Assembly: GCA_030704615.1 (NCBI GenBank)
Contig: CM060733.1
Coordinates: forward strand, 58,466,001-58,530,000
Reading direction: 5' to 3'
Source of the DNA: Takakia lepidozioides
Lineage: Eukaryota; Plantae; Bryophyta
Length of the DNA stretch: 64,000 nt
Shown here: piece by piece, positions 48,839 to 63,434 of the stretch
Layout of the letters: every line of letters starts with the position of its first letter
Numbering within the stretch: the first letter of the stretch is position 1
Notes under the pieces: generated by a model
Database searches by the model: none
Told to the model about the DNA's origin: nothing
Seen by the model: the letters and a program-made list of their open reading frames with translations, nothing else
Made by a program: the position numbers and the translations under genes

Positions 48839-51800
48839 ATGGCCTCGTCAGGAAGCCTAGGGGGTTTTGACGGACACAGCTCATGGAGATCACTCGATAG
48901 AAGTGGTAGCATGCGAGGTTGGAGTCTAGGGCCTGAAGACGTTTTCAACAAGGGGTCTATTACTTCACGGCGCGGTTCAGTAGCAGACGACGACGAAGAA
49001 GCTCTGAAATGGGCAGCTTTGGAGAGGCTTCCTACATTTGATCGGTTACATACTACAGTTTACCACGGGGCGACAGGCAACTTGGATCACATCGATATAA
49101 CAAAAATTGGTCCAGAAGAGCGCCAGCATCTGATTGACAAGGTCCTCAAATTTACCGAAGAAGACAATGAGAAATTTTTGTTAAAGCTGCGGCAGCGCAT
49201 TGACAAGTAAGTCCGGCGACCTCCTGTATTTCTCAGAAAGCGGAAGATTTTCACTCCTTATCCGAGTTCTCTCTAGACCAGTGTCTGTCGCTTCGATGTT
49301 CAAAGTTTCTGTCCGAGGTTGCTATCGTTACAGGATCTGTACATCTAAGCTAGCCCAACATTTCCGCCTTGGCCGAATCTTGAGGAAATTATTGTGTCAA
49401 CTGGACTTACATTTGCGTGGTTCTTTTTCTTGTGTACAGGGTGGGAATAGACCTGCCCACTATTGAAGTCCGTTACGAGAATTTCACAGTAGATGCGAAC
49501 TGTTATGTCGGAAGCAGAGCATTGCCCACTCTTTGGAATGCCTCTCGGAACTTCGTTGAGGTATTAATTCTCCTCACCTTGGATCTCTACCTATCCACTT
49601 TTGTCAGTCGCTATCCAATGCGTGACTCAAAGCAAGAAAGCTTCTTAAGTCTGGTTCAAGTGCCAGCCAGGTCTCCAGCAGGACGGAGTATACTAAGCTC
49701 TAACATTGCATGATTGAATTTCAATGACTGTCGGCCGTTCATGTGTTTTGCAGGGGTTATTGGGGGTCGTGGGGTTATCGCCAACAAAGAAAACAGTGCT
49801 CAATATACTGCATGGGGTCAGTGGGGTAATCAAGCCTAATAGGTGAGAACTTCTGCCCTTTAAATAAGTACTACACACAAGATATGCACCGGATAGTCCT
49901 GAGGTGTGATTGAAATCCATCAGGGTTCCGGCCTGGATGCAAAACGAATGAGCATGGGAGAGTACAGTAGAACCAGGTCACCAAAGCCACGTTATGAACT
50001 CTGTGATGTGTACTTAGTTTGAAACTAGTTGAAAGTAGAATTTTGCTAGAGTAAATTCGAGGTTTCAAAATCAATGAGGATGATTAATCCACAAGCAACC
50101 TGTGCAGACGAGCTCAGGGGTAACCTTGCTTGTGTAGCCGCAAGTTAGTAGTCTCTACCCATGTGACCTTGAGAGCAAATTTACAGATGGCATGCACATC
50201 TAGGGGATCCGATGTGCAGATGGATAGTGACATCCGGCCAGTGAATTACATGGTGATTAGTCCTCTTATGCTTAAGTCGAAGTTGGTATGCATGACCAGA
50301 ACTACAGATGATAAAAGGCAAGATTACCACAGGTCTACTTTATTGAGGGATATAAACTGTGCTTTTCAGAATGACTTTGCTGTTGGGCCCACCTGGCTCT
50401 GGGAAAACAACGCTGTTGCTGGCGCTGGCTGGGAAGCTCGACAAAGATTTGAAAGTGAGAGATCGGAAGCATCTCATTTCCATGTACTTTTCAGCATGTT
50501 CAGGATTCTTGGGACCATGGGCTCAAAACACTACATTAACACGTACATTTCAGCTTTTTGAGCATAGAGTAGCCCTGTGTGTAGTAAGTTTCAAAACGAT
50601 AGTTGACTAGCATGATAGAGGTTCTGCACTAGCAGATGGCAAAGGGTGAATGAACTTGGGTTAAATGGGTTGCCAGCATTCAAACGATTGAACAGGTGTT
50701 TTGAGTGTCTAGGTCAGACAGCAGTTGAAGAACTTGATACTAAAGCCGAGGAAGCTTGGCTATTGTGTGCACAGGTGAAGGGACGGATAACATACAATGG
50801 GCACACCTTGGACGAGTTTGTGCCACAAAAGACTGCGGTGTACATCAGCCAGCATGACTTGCATGTCGCCGAAATGACAGTCCGTGAGACACTCGACTTC
50901 TCTGCCCGCTGCCAAGGGACTGGCACACGCTACGGTACTGAGCTTATAAGATTCTTCTGCTCGATTTTGTTTCTTTTTTGTGTTCTTTTGATGGTGTTGT
51001 GAGAAGAGCTCGACCTCATCTGTCATGGTGTGACTTGCACACTTTGAGCTTCCTGTGTAAGTTGTAAAGTTCCTTTTGTACTGACAATGTCATGTGTTCT
51101 GATTTCAAATGTAGAACTGCTTTCGGAACTTTCCAAGAGAGAGAAACAGGCAGGCATTTACCCCGAGGCTGACGTTGATTTCTTCATGAAGGTGAGCACC
51201 TTTCTGAATTTCTTAACCTTCCAATGAATTGTTGTTTGCAATGCTGTGAAATCTCTCTCATTGCCTACGATTTTTCCAAGGAGGAGTCCCACACCCGTTT
51301 GAAATCTTTCGTTGTATACTGCTCTGAGCATTCTTCCTATATTCCCCCTAAAAGGCTTGCAATTTGACTGTGTCAATACAGGCAACGGCGATATCAGGAG
51401 TGGAGAGCAGCCTTGCCACCGACTACACCTTACGGGTCAGAGAACGCCAGATCTAGTGAACTCATTTTCTCTGAAATACTCGTAGTTATTCTTCAAGGTC
51501 CAGTGAAGTTGACTCAGCTTGTTATCTGTTCATTGTTGCGCAGATTTTGGGTCTTGATGTGTGTGCCGACACAATAGTAGGTGACGACATGCGCAGAGGT
51601 ATTTCCGGAGGGCAAAAGAAACGAGTGACCACAGGTATGGGTTGTATATTACCGACACGAATGTGAACATGCTCTCCACTATTTCCAGACTCTGTATAAC
51701 TTAGAATCCAGGGCTGTGATGAGGATGGGATTCCTGCTTTCAGAATTTACAACGTGATCTTGTACATTGATTCTTGAAAATTGTCAATCTTGGAAGCCCT

Positions 51801-54800
51801 TCCATGCATTGGATGTGCAGACCCCCAATTCTAATAACGACCAATGTTCTAGCCCACATGAGCTTCTTCTGCTTCATCTGCATTTGATAAGATTGGACTC
51901 GTACACTTACAAGAGACTTGTGGGTTGAGTCCCCAGAACCAGCTCACTGTATGAGGAGTGCTTTCTGATTTGCTAGGCGTATCCCCATTATGCTTGATGA
52001 GACTCGTTCGTTGGTGAATACAAGAGATTCAAAACATTGCCCGTGTGCCTCATTCCAGGTGAGATGATAGTCGGGCCCACCAGAGCAATGTTTATGGATG
52101 AGATCTCCACAGGCCTCGACAGCTCGACAACATTCCAGATAGTGAAGAGTCTGCGCCAGTTCGCCCATGTCATGGCGGGTACCGTTCTCATGTCGCTGTT
52201 GCAGCCAGCTCCTGAGACATTCGATCTTTTTGATGACATCATTCTGCTTTCGGAAGGGCAGATTGTGTACCATGGGCCCCGTGAAGCAGTGCTGGAGTTT
52301 TTTGAATTCTGCGGCTTCAAGTGCCCTGAGAGAAAAGGCGTTGCAGACTTTCTCCAGGAGGTAATATCACAAACAGTCATCTCCATCGTAGCAGAAGACT
52401 TCTTTCTCTCCCTCTTCAGGCCTGGTGTCGATGCCTTCCGGCAAATTTAGAAGGTTAACTTGTGTGTGAAGTGCAGGTGACTTCTCGAAAAGACCAAGAG
52501 CAATACTGGTCAAACAGACGACGGCCATACCGCTACATAAGTGTGAGGCAATTTTCTGAAGCATACAGAACATTTCGGGTAGGCACCCAGTTGAATGAGG
52601 AGCTGGCACGGCCCTATCCCAAGGAGCGCAGCCACAAGGCAGCGTTGGCTCACGATCGGTACTCAGTCAGTAATATGGAAATATTCAAAGCTACCTTTGC
52701 AAAAGAAGTGCTCCTCATGAAGCGCAATGCACTCGTTTATGTGGTCAAATCAGGACAGGTGGGTGTCCTTTCAGTGCTTGAACATTGGCATTGTGTGACT
52801 AAACGACAATGTTGCTCTAATCTTTTGTTGGAGATCAGAGTTTCAATATTGGCTTGACATGGACCTGATGTCTTCAACCTTTTCAAAAACATGCCCTAAA
52901 TTCTCCTGAAATTGAAACTACAGTTCGTGCTGACAGCAAACTCATAATTTGGTTCTTGCAGCTCATACTCATGGCATTTGTAGCCATGTCCGTATTTTTC
53001 CGTACGAGAATGCACACCGACACAGTAGCTGATGGGACACTGTTTCTGGGGTCTCTCTTCTTCACAGTTGTCGTCATCATGTTTAACGGATTTGGGGAGC
53101 TTTCAATGACCATATTCAGACTTCCAGTGTTTTTCAAGCAGCGAGACCTACTCTTCTACCCAGCCTGGGCCTTCTCTGTCCCGAATCTTGTCTTAAGTAT
53201 CCCAATGTCTGTAATTGAATCCGGCATCTGGACTATGGTGACTTACTATGTCACTGGTTATGCCCCTGAAGCTAGCAGGTACAGAAGTTCTTGAAAAGTG
53301 TGCTTCTGATAGCTCGCCTGATCATACTCCTTCTGCTCACCTCAACCTGCTTTAAATTCCCACATGTTTTGCTAGACCTGATTTTGTCGTCTTGATGTGA
53401 GCACGATGGACTTTTGAAGTCCTAACAACTTCACACATTGTTTCCTCCAGATTCTTCAAGCAATTACTTCTGCTGCTCTCAGTGCACCAGATGTCATCAT
53501 CCCTATTTCGTCTGATTGGAGGCCTCTGCCGGACTATGATCATGGCCTACACTGGGGGATCATTCTTGTTGCTTATCGTATTCATGTTGGGAGGCTTTAT
53601 CATTCCCAGGACGGCTATCAAACCTTGGTGGATTTGGGGTTATTGGATATCTCCCCTTGCATATGCAGAGAATGGCATCAGTATCAATGAATTTCGTGCC
53701 CCCCGGTGGGCCAAGGTACAACCTTGACCCATTCTCCCCTACATCATCAGTCATTTCATCTAGCTCAGTCCTACTTGCCTGTAGCTCCACCATGTTCTCT
53801 AGGAATCCGCAAGTTTCTGGCATAAGGGAAATTGAGCATTGAGCATGGGGTCTGTTTCCATGAGGCAGCTAGAACAAACACAGTCTGATGAGTATAATCT
53901 CTACCATATACTCCAATGCTAAATCTTGGTTATGAAGCAGATGTTCACAGGAGAGCTGTGTATGTCTCTTGCAGCGGGTTCCTGCAGGCAACCCCTACAC
54001 TCTGGGAGAGGAAATTCTGCTAAATCGTGGGATATTTACAGCCGAATACTGGTACTGGATCAGCATCGGGGCATTAGTTGGATTCATGATCCTCTTCAAC
54101 ATATTGTTCACTGTGGCTCTTGCGTATATGAATCGTATGTCATTCTTCCTTGAACCACCTGAGGGGCAGGTCTTTAGCTTGAATATGAATCACAGGGAAG
54201 AGGTTTAGGGAAGCTGATAGCATCTTGAGTTTTGTGTACACAAAACTTGAAAGAAGGATAATGAATTGTAATCTTGAAAGATGTTCTCATTAGACTTATC
54301 TTGCCTAGTTGGCTGTAGCAGATAAAAGATCGAAAGAAATGAAAAATGAGATGATACTTTATAACGTCTAGGTAAAGTTCAAAGTGCTTATGGGACGAGA
54401 GCATGGAACAAGAAAGAGAGGGGCCCTTCACAAGCAGCTCAAAAACAACTATTGTCCAAGGGATCAAGAGAGTAAGAGAGAGCTTATGGGACAAAAGAAA
54501 AGACCTCCTTGAGCGATTGGCTCTCTGAACTGACAGTAGTAGCAGCCCCAGACTTCATGGCAGACCTCTCTTCTCTACCACAGGCAGGGTGCAAGAGTTC
54601 GGCATGTTGGAGGTTATCCCATCTGCCAGTCTCCGTCCTCAGACTCATCTTCAAAACGTCCACTGGATTCCCAAACAAAGCATCACAAAGACACAAATCA
54701 CTAGAAAACCTCTGAGAGAAAGAAAGAGAAATAAAAGAAGAAGACCTTGGTCAGAGTTGCTTGCATAGTCCTGTTGCCATAGGCCCCTGCCTGATGTGGA

Positions 54801-57800
54801 TCGAGCAAACATCTTCTGAGGGTGAAATGGGTACTAGAGGACAAGATATGTACTACTTTTCCTGAGAAAGACAAAGGTCAAACATTGATAAGTCGGGGAT
54901 ATACACACCAGGCAATCCAAAGTGGTGTATTCAGCCTGACTTTTGTGTTGTATGATGGAGCAGCACTGGGAAAGCCCCAAGCTGTCATCTCAGAGGATGC
55001 CCTGGCAGAGAAGCATGCAAATCGAACTGGGGAGACAATACTGATATCAGAATCAACACGATCGCGCTCAAGATCCCAAAGAACTCTTCCCCGTTCCCTA
55101 TTTGTGGACAGTGGTACATCTGCACACACCTTTCTAAACCATTTTTACCATTATGTTTGAGTGCCTCAGTGGAATGTCCTTGTCAAGGTGGTGCAGCGTC
55201 TATTGCAAGCTCATCAACCCGAAGTCAAGTCATAACATCACAAATCTTCTAAAAATTTCTGCTTCCAAAATACGTGTAGACGCTAATATGATATACAACT
55301 TTTTCTATCAACAGGAAGAGCTGGAGAAGTTCAGTTGCCTCAGCTCCGGAGGAGCACGAATCGGCATTCATCTTTTGATCGTATGGATGCTTCACATGAT
55401 GACAGCCTCGAAGAATCTCTTGCAGGGGGGGCAGCAAAGAGGGGCATGATTCTGCCTTTCCAACCCTCAGCCATCTCTTTTGACGACATCAAATACTATG
55501 TTGACATGCCTGCAGTATGCTCTATTCCCAGGCTTTTCTGTGCTAGTGTTGTTCTGCTGTGCCCCATGGGCCTTCTGGGCATCCTATGGATGTAGTAACT
55601 TTTCTTGTTTTGTGTAAGTTATTAAGTTACTTTCTTTCTGCAAAGTGTCATTTCAACTCTGCATGAAGCATTGACTCGAAGACAATCCCTTGAGCAACAG
55701 TTGTATTTGGGCTGCTTGTGGAGGACCATCTCTCTTTCTTGTTTCATGTTTTGTTTTGTCCAATAAGCTGGAATTGCTAGTTGGAAGGATGTGAGTGAAA
55801 GCATACCATGTGCCACTGCCTCACTAGAACATACCCCAAAAAGGAGAGAGAGTGTGTGAGCCTATGTTCTAAGATGTGACTAAGATGTTAAGAGTTTTTT
55901 GATCTCATTGTGCAGTTGTCGGATGACATTCCTAATTTCTCTGAATTTGTGTATCCAGGCAATGAAGCAGCAAGGAGTGGTGGATGATAGGCTCCAGCTG
56001 CTACGAGGAGTGACTGGGGCATTCCAGCCAGGAGTCCTGACAGCACTGGTTGGTGTGAGCGGTGCTGGAAAGACAACTCTTATGGATGTTCTCGCAGGAC
56101 GAAAAACAGGTGGCTCTATTGAAGGTGACATCCGCATTTCGGGTTTCCCCAAGAGGCAGGAGACATTTGCCCGCATTGCTGGCTACTGTGAGCAGAATGA
56201 TATTCATTCGCCACAAGTCACCGTTCACGAGTCCCTTGTCTACTCAGCCTGGTTACGCCTTGCCCCAGAGATCGATTGGGACAGTAAGATGGTACATCAC
56301 TGACCTTTAGCTTCCTTCTTTGGTTCCTCAAACCCCCTTCAGTGTGTGGGGCTCATGTCTATATTTGTATCTTCTCTCTTTTGGTTTCATATTGTTCATT
56401 GTATTTCTCTTTAGGTTTCAAACTCCTCTTCTCTCAGGGGTACATAATGGACAAGATTCCACGGAAAAGCCAATGAAAGGACTTCTTTGTGCTGCTTAAA
56501 CTTGGTTCACACTTCCCAGAAGTTGTCTGCAAGCTAACATCCGAGGTTCGTTGCATTTGAATAGGGAACTTGAGCTAATCTCTTATAATATCCCCTTATT
56601 CTCCCTCCCAAGAAAGTCTGTCCCTTCCAGTCTCTTTCATCTTATGGCAGTGAGACTTATGTGTACATGATAATACACAATGTGTACAGAAATTCGTGGA
56701 CGAGGTGATGGAGTTGGTTGAGCTTACATCATTGCAAGACGCATTGGTAGGGCTGCCAGGCATCACAGGCCTCTCCACAGAGCAGCGGAAGCGCCTTACC
56801 ATTGCAGTTGAACTTGTGGCCAACCCCTCCATAATTTTCATGGATGAGCCCACCAGCGGGCTTGATGCACGTGCTGCAGCCATCGTCATGCGCACTGTGC
56901 GCAACACCGTTGACACTGGCCGCACTGTTGTCTGCACAATCCATCAACCCAGCATCGATATCTTTGAAGCTTTCGATGAGGTGAAGTTACATCCTTATCA
57001 AACGGCCTCTCTCTTGCAGCCTCTTGAGCTGCCCTTGTCTCTCTTGATGGCTGAGGCTGTACACCGTTCATGTTGAATAGTCTTTCAGCTTCCTGTGGAG
57101 GGCCCCACTCTCCTTCTTGTTTCCTGCTTTCCCATGTCTCTTTGAGCATTCTGTGGAGTCATAATGTGTCATTTTCACTGTGTTTTGTGGCTATTACTTG
57201 CAAACCTTCACTGTGGACTGATTTGGTCCAAGGATATTCCAGATGCTGTTAATGAAGAGGGGAGGGCAAGTTATTTATATGGGGCCATTGGGCCGCCAGT
57301 CTCACAAGCTTGTTGAGTACTTTGAGGTGAGGACATTCCAATGATCTCTATTCTGACATACCCAAAAGTATATTTTCCAATTAGGAAGATTACTAGATCA
57401 AGTTTGAGCATGCATTGTAGTATGCAGTACTCGTGGACTGGAGAAGAGAGCAGTGGTGAGGGTAGGTTAGGAAATTAATGTAATGTTTTGCAATTACACA
57501 GATTCTATGAAGTTTTTGTTCCAGGTGCAGAATGAGTAATCTCATATGAAACTGCTGGACATACCAGTTGCTGCGCTCAACCTTAACTGTAAGGTCGAAA
57601 TGAAATGAAACTTTATACATGGTACTTAATGTTCAGTGAGAGGGAGAGAAAATGCGAAAGATTCATTTTTATGTTTCTTGGCATTTGAGGGGAACAATCT
57701 GCTGTATACAGGCTGTCCCAGGTGTACCCAAAATTAAAGATGGATACAACCCTGCGACATGGATGCTTGAAGTCAGCTCCGTCACTATGGAGAGCCAACT

Positions 57801-59708
57801 TGAGGTTGACTTTGCCGAGATCTACAAGAACTCCTTGCTCTATCAGTAAGCACTACCTCCTTGCAAAAAGATCACTCAGCTTCAATTTTCTGGTACAAAA
57901 TAGCATCTGTTTTATGATTTATTGAGCACCACTCTCATGGTGTCCATACACATCAAATCTTGCAGTATGCAAGATGTGTATCTTGTAGTGAAGGCTTATG
58001 CACTGACATCTGTCACTGGATGTGGGAACAGGAAAAACCAGACACTGGTAAAGGAGCTCAGCAGACCATCCCCTGATGCCCAGGACCTGTATTTTCCATC
58101 GAAGTATTCACAGTCCTTCTTATCACAGCTGAGGTCATGCCTGTGGAAGCAGCAAATGACGTACTGGCGCAGTCCCGACTACAATTGTGTGCGATTTGCC
58201 TTCTCTGCTGTTGCAGCTGTGCTGTTTGGCACTATCTTCTGGAACCTCGGGCAAAAAACGTGAGCTCTTAATGTGTTGTAGCTTTATGCCAGGTTTACAA
58301 AGGTTGCACCTACAACCGTTCCGGTAGTCACACAGCTGAGCTGGAAATTCTTGAATGGATGACTAACCTATGTCTCCTGACCTACAATTAAATAGTCTCT
58401 GACGTCCGTATGGGGTATAGTGCTCTTGAGAAAGATTCTATAGAGATCTGTGATTGCTCTTCCCCTTGTCTAATCTTGGGTTACCTTCTGGGTCACCATG
58501 TGTCAGAACCCAAAAATTCCACCCGGCAAATCTAATAATTTCTGAGGTTGGGAATTGGTTGTGGAAACTCGTACAGACAACAGTCGCAGGACCTCTTCAC
58601 CACCATGGGGGCGATTTACGGTGCAGTGTTGTTTCTTGGGATCAACAACTGTGGAACAGTCCAGCCTATGGTGGGCATTGAGCGCACCGTCATGTACAGA
58701 GAGCGAGCAGCAGGGATGTACTCTGCCATACCGTATGCTTTGGCCCAGGCAAGCCATTTTCCCCACCCCGTTTTATTCTGAGAATCTTTCTTAATTTTCA
58801 ATGAGACCCCTCAAGGCCCACTATACTGATAGTTGATTGGGGCGTGGGTGACAATGCCCAAAGGACTATGTTCAGCTTCCAAGGTAAGGTTTCATCTTTG
58901 ATACAAATTGTGGAAGTAGAATGCCACAGCTTCAGCTTATGCTGTTGGTTCAATGAGAGGTTCTTCACATGCTCTCCCTCTCTTTGACTGGCCTGGATGT
59001 TATAGATAGCTGGCTAATTTGTATCATGCTGTGTCTCTATGAACAGGTGTTGATCGAGATTCCTTACACACTTGTCCAAACACTGGTTTATGGAGTGATC
59101 ACATACTCCATGATAGGCTTCGAATGGACTGCAGTAAAGTTCTGCTGGTATCTGTACATGATGTACTTCACATTCATTTACTACACATACTACGGTATGA
59201 TGATGGTCGCTCTCACCCCCAACACTCAAATTGCAACAATCGTGGCATCTTTTTTCTACTCATTCTTCAACCTCTTCTCGGGATTCTTGATCCCACAGCC
59301 GGTATGGGGTCCCATCCCTTTTCCTCAGTTCCTTTCTTAAGTCTTTACTTATCGTTTTTGTGGTTTGTGCGATCGTCCCCACCACAGAAAAATATCACTC
59401 TACTGATCAAAGCTTCATGGGTTTGGTCTCTGCAGAAAATTCCCAAATGGTGGGTTTGGTATTACTGGATTTGTCCAGTGGCATGGACAATCTATGGTCT
59501 TATTGTATCCCAGTTTGGCGATATTACAACTCCACTGAATGTGGCGGGAGGGGATGATAAACACAGCGTGAAGGAGTTTCTAGTAAGCTATTTTGGATTT
59601 CACCATGACTTTCTTCCAGTGGTGGCGTGCGTACTGCCTGCATTTGCTCTTCTCTTTGCGGGAGTCTTCATCTTTGGGATCAAGTTCTTGAGCTTTCAGA
59701 ACCGCTGA
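48839..59708 (+). CDS. Full-size ABCG / pleiotropic drug resistance (PDR) transporter, 23 coding exons
   Basis: [74 protein letters not shown]-terminal FQNR. Exons: 48839-49206, 49440-49560, 49754-49842, 50370-50454, 50775-50934, 51115-51191, 51382-51435, 51544-51634, 52059-52360, 52477-52758, 52962-53278, 53451-53715, 53975-54134, 54964-55113, 55315-55514, 55959-56291, 56690-56980, 57243-57326, 57712-57845, 58032-58259, 58577-58748, 59047-59301, 59436-59708. Confidence 0.96.
54335..54500 (-). mobile_element. Short LINE 3'-end fragment in PDR intron 13
   Basis: GAAATGAAAAATGAGATGATACTTTATAACGTC..GCTTATGGGAC resembles the reverse complement of 22775-22847. Confidence 0.6.
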
Positions 59709-60310
59709 GCTTCTGCCAGGCCACGCTCAGTGCAGTCTGAGATAAATTTGATTTGGTGAGCACCTGATGTGGCACCCTCTACTCAGACCTTTGGAGAAAA
59801 TACAGAAGATGCAGGCCTGAACAAGTTCCATCTCTGCTGCTTGCCACTTGCTGATTGTCTCCTAGACGACCCCTATGGTCGTTTTGAAGTATGTCACTTG
59901 CACGGAACCTCTTTCTCCTAGGGGGTGTACAGTACGTAACGGACACATGTTCAGGGCTGGCATCCAGCTTGTAGATTGCTAAAAGATCTTACCTCTAGTA
60001 GAGCTGAGAGTTTCTGTATTCTACCTTGTAGTATAGTAACTTTCTATCTCAGAGCTCAGCAAGGTGAGCTCCTTGAAGAGAGGTGCTCAACATTCCTCAT
60101 CAGAGAAAGAGACTAAAGCTTGAAAAGCAGTGGCAGCGGAGGTGATACAGTTACGCACCCTGGATTGACCAGTATACAATGGTCAATCAAGGCAATTAGC
60201 ACAGACACTGTTCTCATGTTAAACAGATTCAAACAGCTTCTTGCCAACATTTTAGAAGTGCAGGTTGAGGACCATGATCCTCTTACAAACAATCACCTCC
60301 CCATGGAAAG

Positions 60311-61790
60311 AGAAATGAAATGAAATGAAATGGTACTTTATAATGTCCGCGGAAAGCTCATAGAGCTTATGGGACAAAATGGAAACATGAGAGAGGAAGA
60401 AAACTAGTGAGTTCCAATGGAAGAATTCAATGAATGGTTGCAGTGTACACTTGGTTCTGTGACTGTTTTGTCATTGCAAATGTGCCGCCACCTTTGCAGA
60501 TTTTGCTCATTTTAGTTGACCGATTTCCTTTACTAGTTAATCTATCTTCACAAGCTGTCATTTGTATCATGCCTCTCAGTATCTTTATTACCAAGACATG
60601 TATCTTCACATCCAGTCACCCCCATGAAGATGCCGTTAAATGATGGGAAAGAGTACTTTGTAGCGTCCACGGAAAGCTCGAAAAGCTTATTGGACGAGGA
60701 AGAAAGGAACAAGAGAGAAGGGCCACAAACAGCTCAAAAGATAAGAGAAGAAATGAGATGGTACTCTATAGCGTCCGCGAGAAGCTCAAAGAGTTCATGT
60801 GACAAAGGAAGAAAAAAGAAAAGGAAAAGGGGCCACAAACAACCCAAAAGCAACTAAAGGTCAAGGGATTGTCTAAGCCTCAATGCTTTATGCAGGTAAG
60901 CTGCCAAGCTGATCGTCGTAAGGGAAGATCTCCCTGAGAGATTGGGTAGGCCTATCCCGGAACAGACAGCTGAATCTCCTCTGGATCTCGAAGTATAAAT
61001 AGACAACTGCATCTCCCACGGATCTCGAAGTATAAAGAGCAGTGAAAAAAGAAATGTACCTCATTTTCGATCTCCCTGTAGTTCCCAGTGCAAGCGGGGC
61101 ATGGTCTTTCTTCACGATGCAGATTTTCCCACCTCCCAGTCTCTATCCTCAAACTTGGGAGCCCACCTTGACCCTCCCCAATGCCCTTAGAAGGGCCGGA
61201 GATGGAGCTGCAGACAGGTTAGGTCACGTGGAACCAAGAATGTCTCCCAATAGAAGATAGAATTCCAGTTTCGTCGCGTGGCTGGTTTCCATGTCCGCCT
61301 GACGTGCAGTTCCATAAGTTCTCTTCTGATGCATCTATTGCGGATCGCAATATCCACCCCCTCAGCATTTTGTGACAGTAGGGAAGATTGTAAGGACAAT
61401 GGCCTCGGTTTGAAGTGGGAGGCAGGCAAAATTCCGCACGTAGAATTTGTGATGGTGTTGTCCCTCTAGTTCCAAGCATTCCTTGGAGGAAAGACGATTA
61501 CAGTGGGTCTACATTTTGTTCCCCTCAGGAATCTGGGACACCAAACCAAGTGCTCAGAACTAACAGCCCCACAAGTGGTGGCATCGGTGACAACCGAGAT
61601 GAAGATCCACTTTTTGGTTGGGGGTGAGGCAGGTGTATTTGTTTGCATTTAGCCTGAAGGTGTATGGAGGCAGCCTTGCCCTCGTCAATCTATACATAGC
61701 AGTGGATGCAAACTGGAATTTGGGGGAGGGGATAACCAGCCCCAGGTATGCGTATGATTTCACTCTTGGGTGGGAGGGCTTGTAACCTTT
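60311..61790 (-). mobile_element. 5'-truncated LINE (same family as 19698-22847) plus extra stacked 3'-end fragments
   Basis: PPTKKWIFISVV, RRELMELHVRRTWK and RIETGRWENLHREERPCPAC match 21763-22600. 3'-end motifs occur at ~60311, ~60640 and ~60750. Confidence 0.85.
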
Positions 61791-63434
61791 TAAGAAAAAT
61801 TGTAAGCGGGAAGAAACCGTAGCTGTAGACGCTACGGTTCCGGGTCCTGCAGCTCCTTAGAGTCACGTCTCTCAGCCACGGCTAACAATTCATGCAGCAA
61901 ACACCAAACTTCTGGTTTCAACCTGCATGCAAGAGAACCTGGTTAAGTCACGCATGTGGGCTCCTAAATTTCCCTCCCTTTTCAACAATGGAAGCTCCGG
62001 CACAGTGACTTTCTCTCCATTTTGGGTTTCCAAGGAAATTCACTGGCATCACCGATGTTAGATAAATGATACTCATTCAGCTTCATGTCACCCCAGCATG
62101 CCAAGACTTGGCTACTGAAAACGAGGACAAAAGATCAGGAGACAAAGCTTCGATATTCAAAGAATCTTTTTTTCTTTCGAGAATTTTGCAGAGACTGCAA
62201 TATGCACAAAACAATCGCTACCAAAGAGACGATATCGTTCTCGTAGAATGATGGTCTTTGGACCAGCTGCATACGAAAGACGTAGATGCTTCCACTTCGA
62301 GCACGGCGAAATTTCATAGCAAGCAACCAAACGATCAACTCAATGTGGAGGAGAGACCACACCATAACACTCGAAAGACAGATGAATTTCTAGATCGAAG
62401 GACGTGGGAATCTTTGGTCCCAACAAAGGTGCAGAGAAGCTTTTGCAAGGTCTTCTCGCACCTTTGTGGATGATGGATAGATGATAAAGTGAGTCCAATG
62501 TACAGATAACGGACGGAGAATACGAAATCTGTTTAGACGTAACGAGAACTGGTTAGGTCAAAAAAAGCTGGCATCCATAAATGCTTTGGCAGGCACAAGC
62601 ATGGGCCGCCCGTGCAGACCGGACTGGCCCGTACCAAGCGCGGGTGCAGACGGCCGTGGTTAACAGGGGCCCGGGCCGCGCGGGGCGAAGGTACGTCGCC
62701 ACGTCGCATGGAAGCTTCCATGGGGACATGTTGATTCCCATGGTGCCCCCAAGATGCGCGTCGGCTTGCCGGAAAGTGTGTCGGCAACTGCCCGGCTGCG
62801 TGTTTAGCCATCTCATGATTTGGGATATGTAGCTGTTGAACTAAAGTTAGAAAACCCTAAAAATAGGAGAAACGCTTTTGCGTAATCCGTGGATAAGGGA
62901 ATGAATGGGGGATTCTGTCCGCACAGGTTGACCGATCCACATTTATACCGGATGCAAGTTTGTTTATTCATGGTTTCCTTTAATAGTACAGTCTGCCCTG
63001 GATAAATGTTAACAGTCGGGAGGAGTGTTTTTTTTTTCATATTTCTAAAATCGCTGGCGGGGCCACCTGTGAATTCTACCCAGTGCCCATGTGGCGAGAA
63101 TATCGAGGTAGCATAGTTAGAGAAGTGGCCACATTCCAGGTGTCACGTTTTGACTTGTCCACGTCATCAAGATTAGGCCCCTGAAATTTATCTGCTGCTG
63201 CTTTTTGGCGAAAAAGTCAGATTTTACCCCCCATAATTCCTTTGTACAAGTAGCTGACGGAGTTTCCAGGTCGAAATTTGGCGATTTTTCGCCAGAAAGA
63301 AAAACAGTGGTGGGGAGTAGAAAGAAAATAACATTTAGACAAGGTTAATTGTAGCACATTAACATTTATATTTAACAAATATATATTTTTAGAAATTAAC
63401 ACTTATGAAATAAATTGTAATATATGGAGTCATT

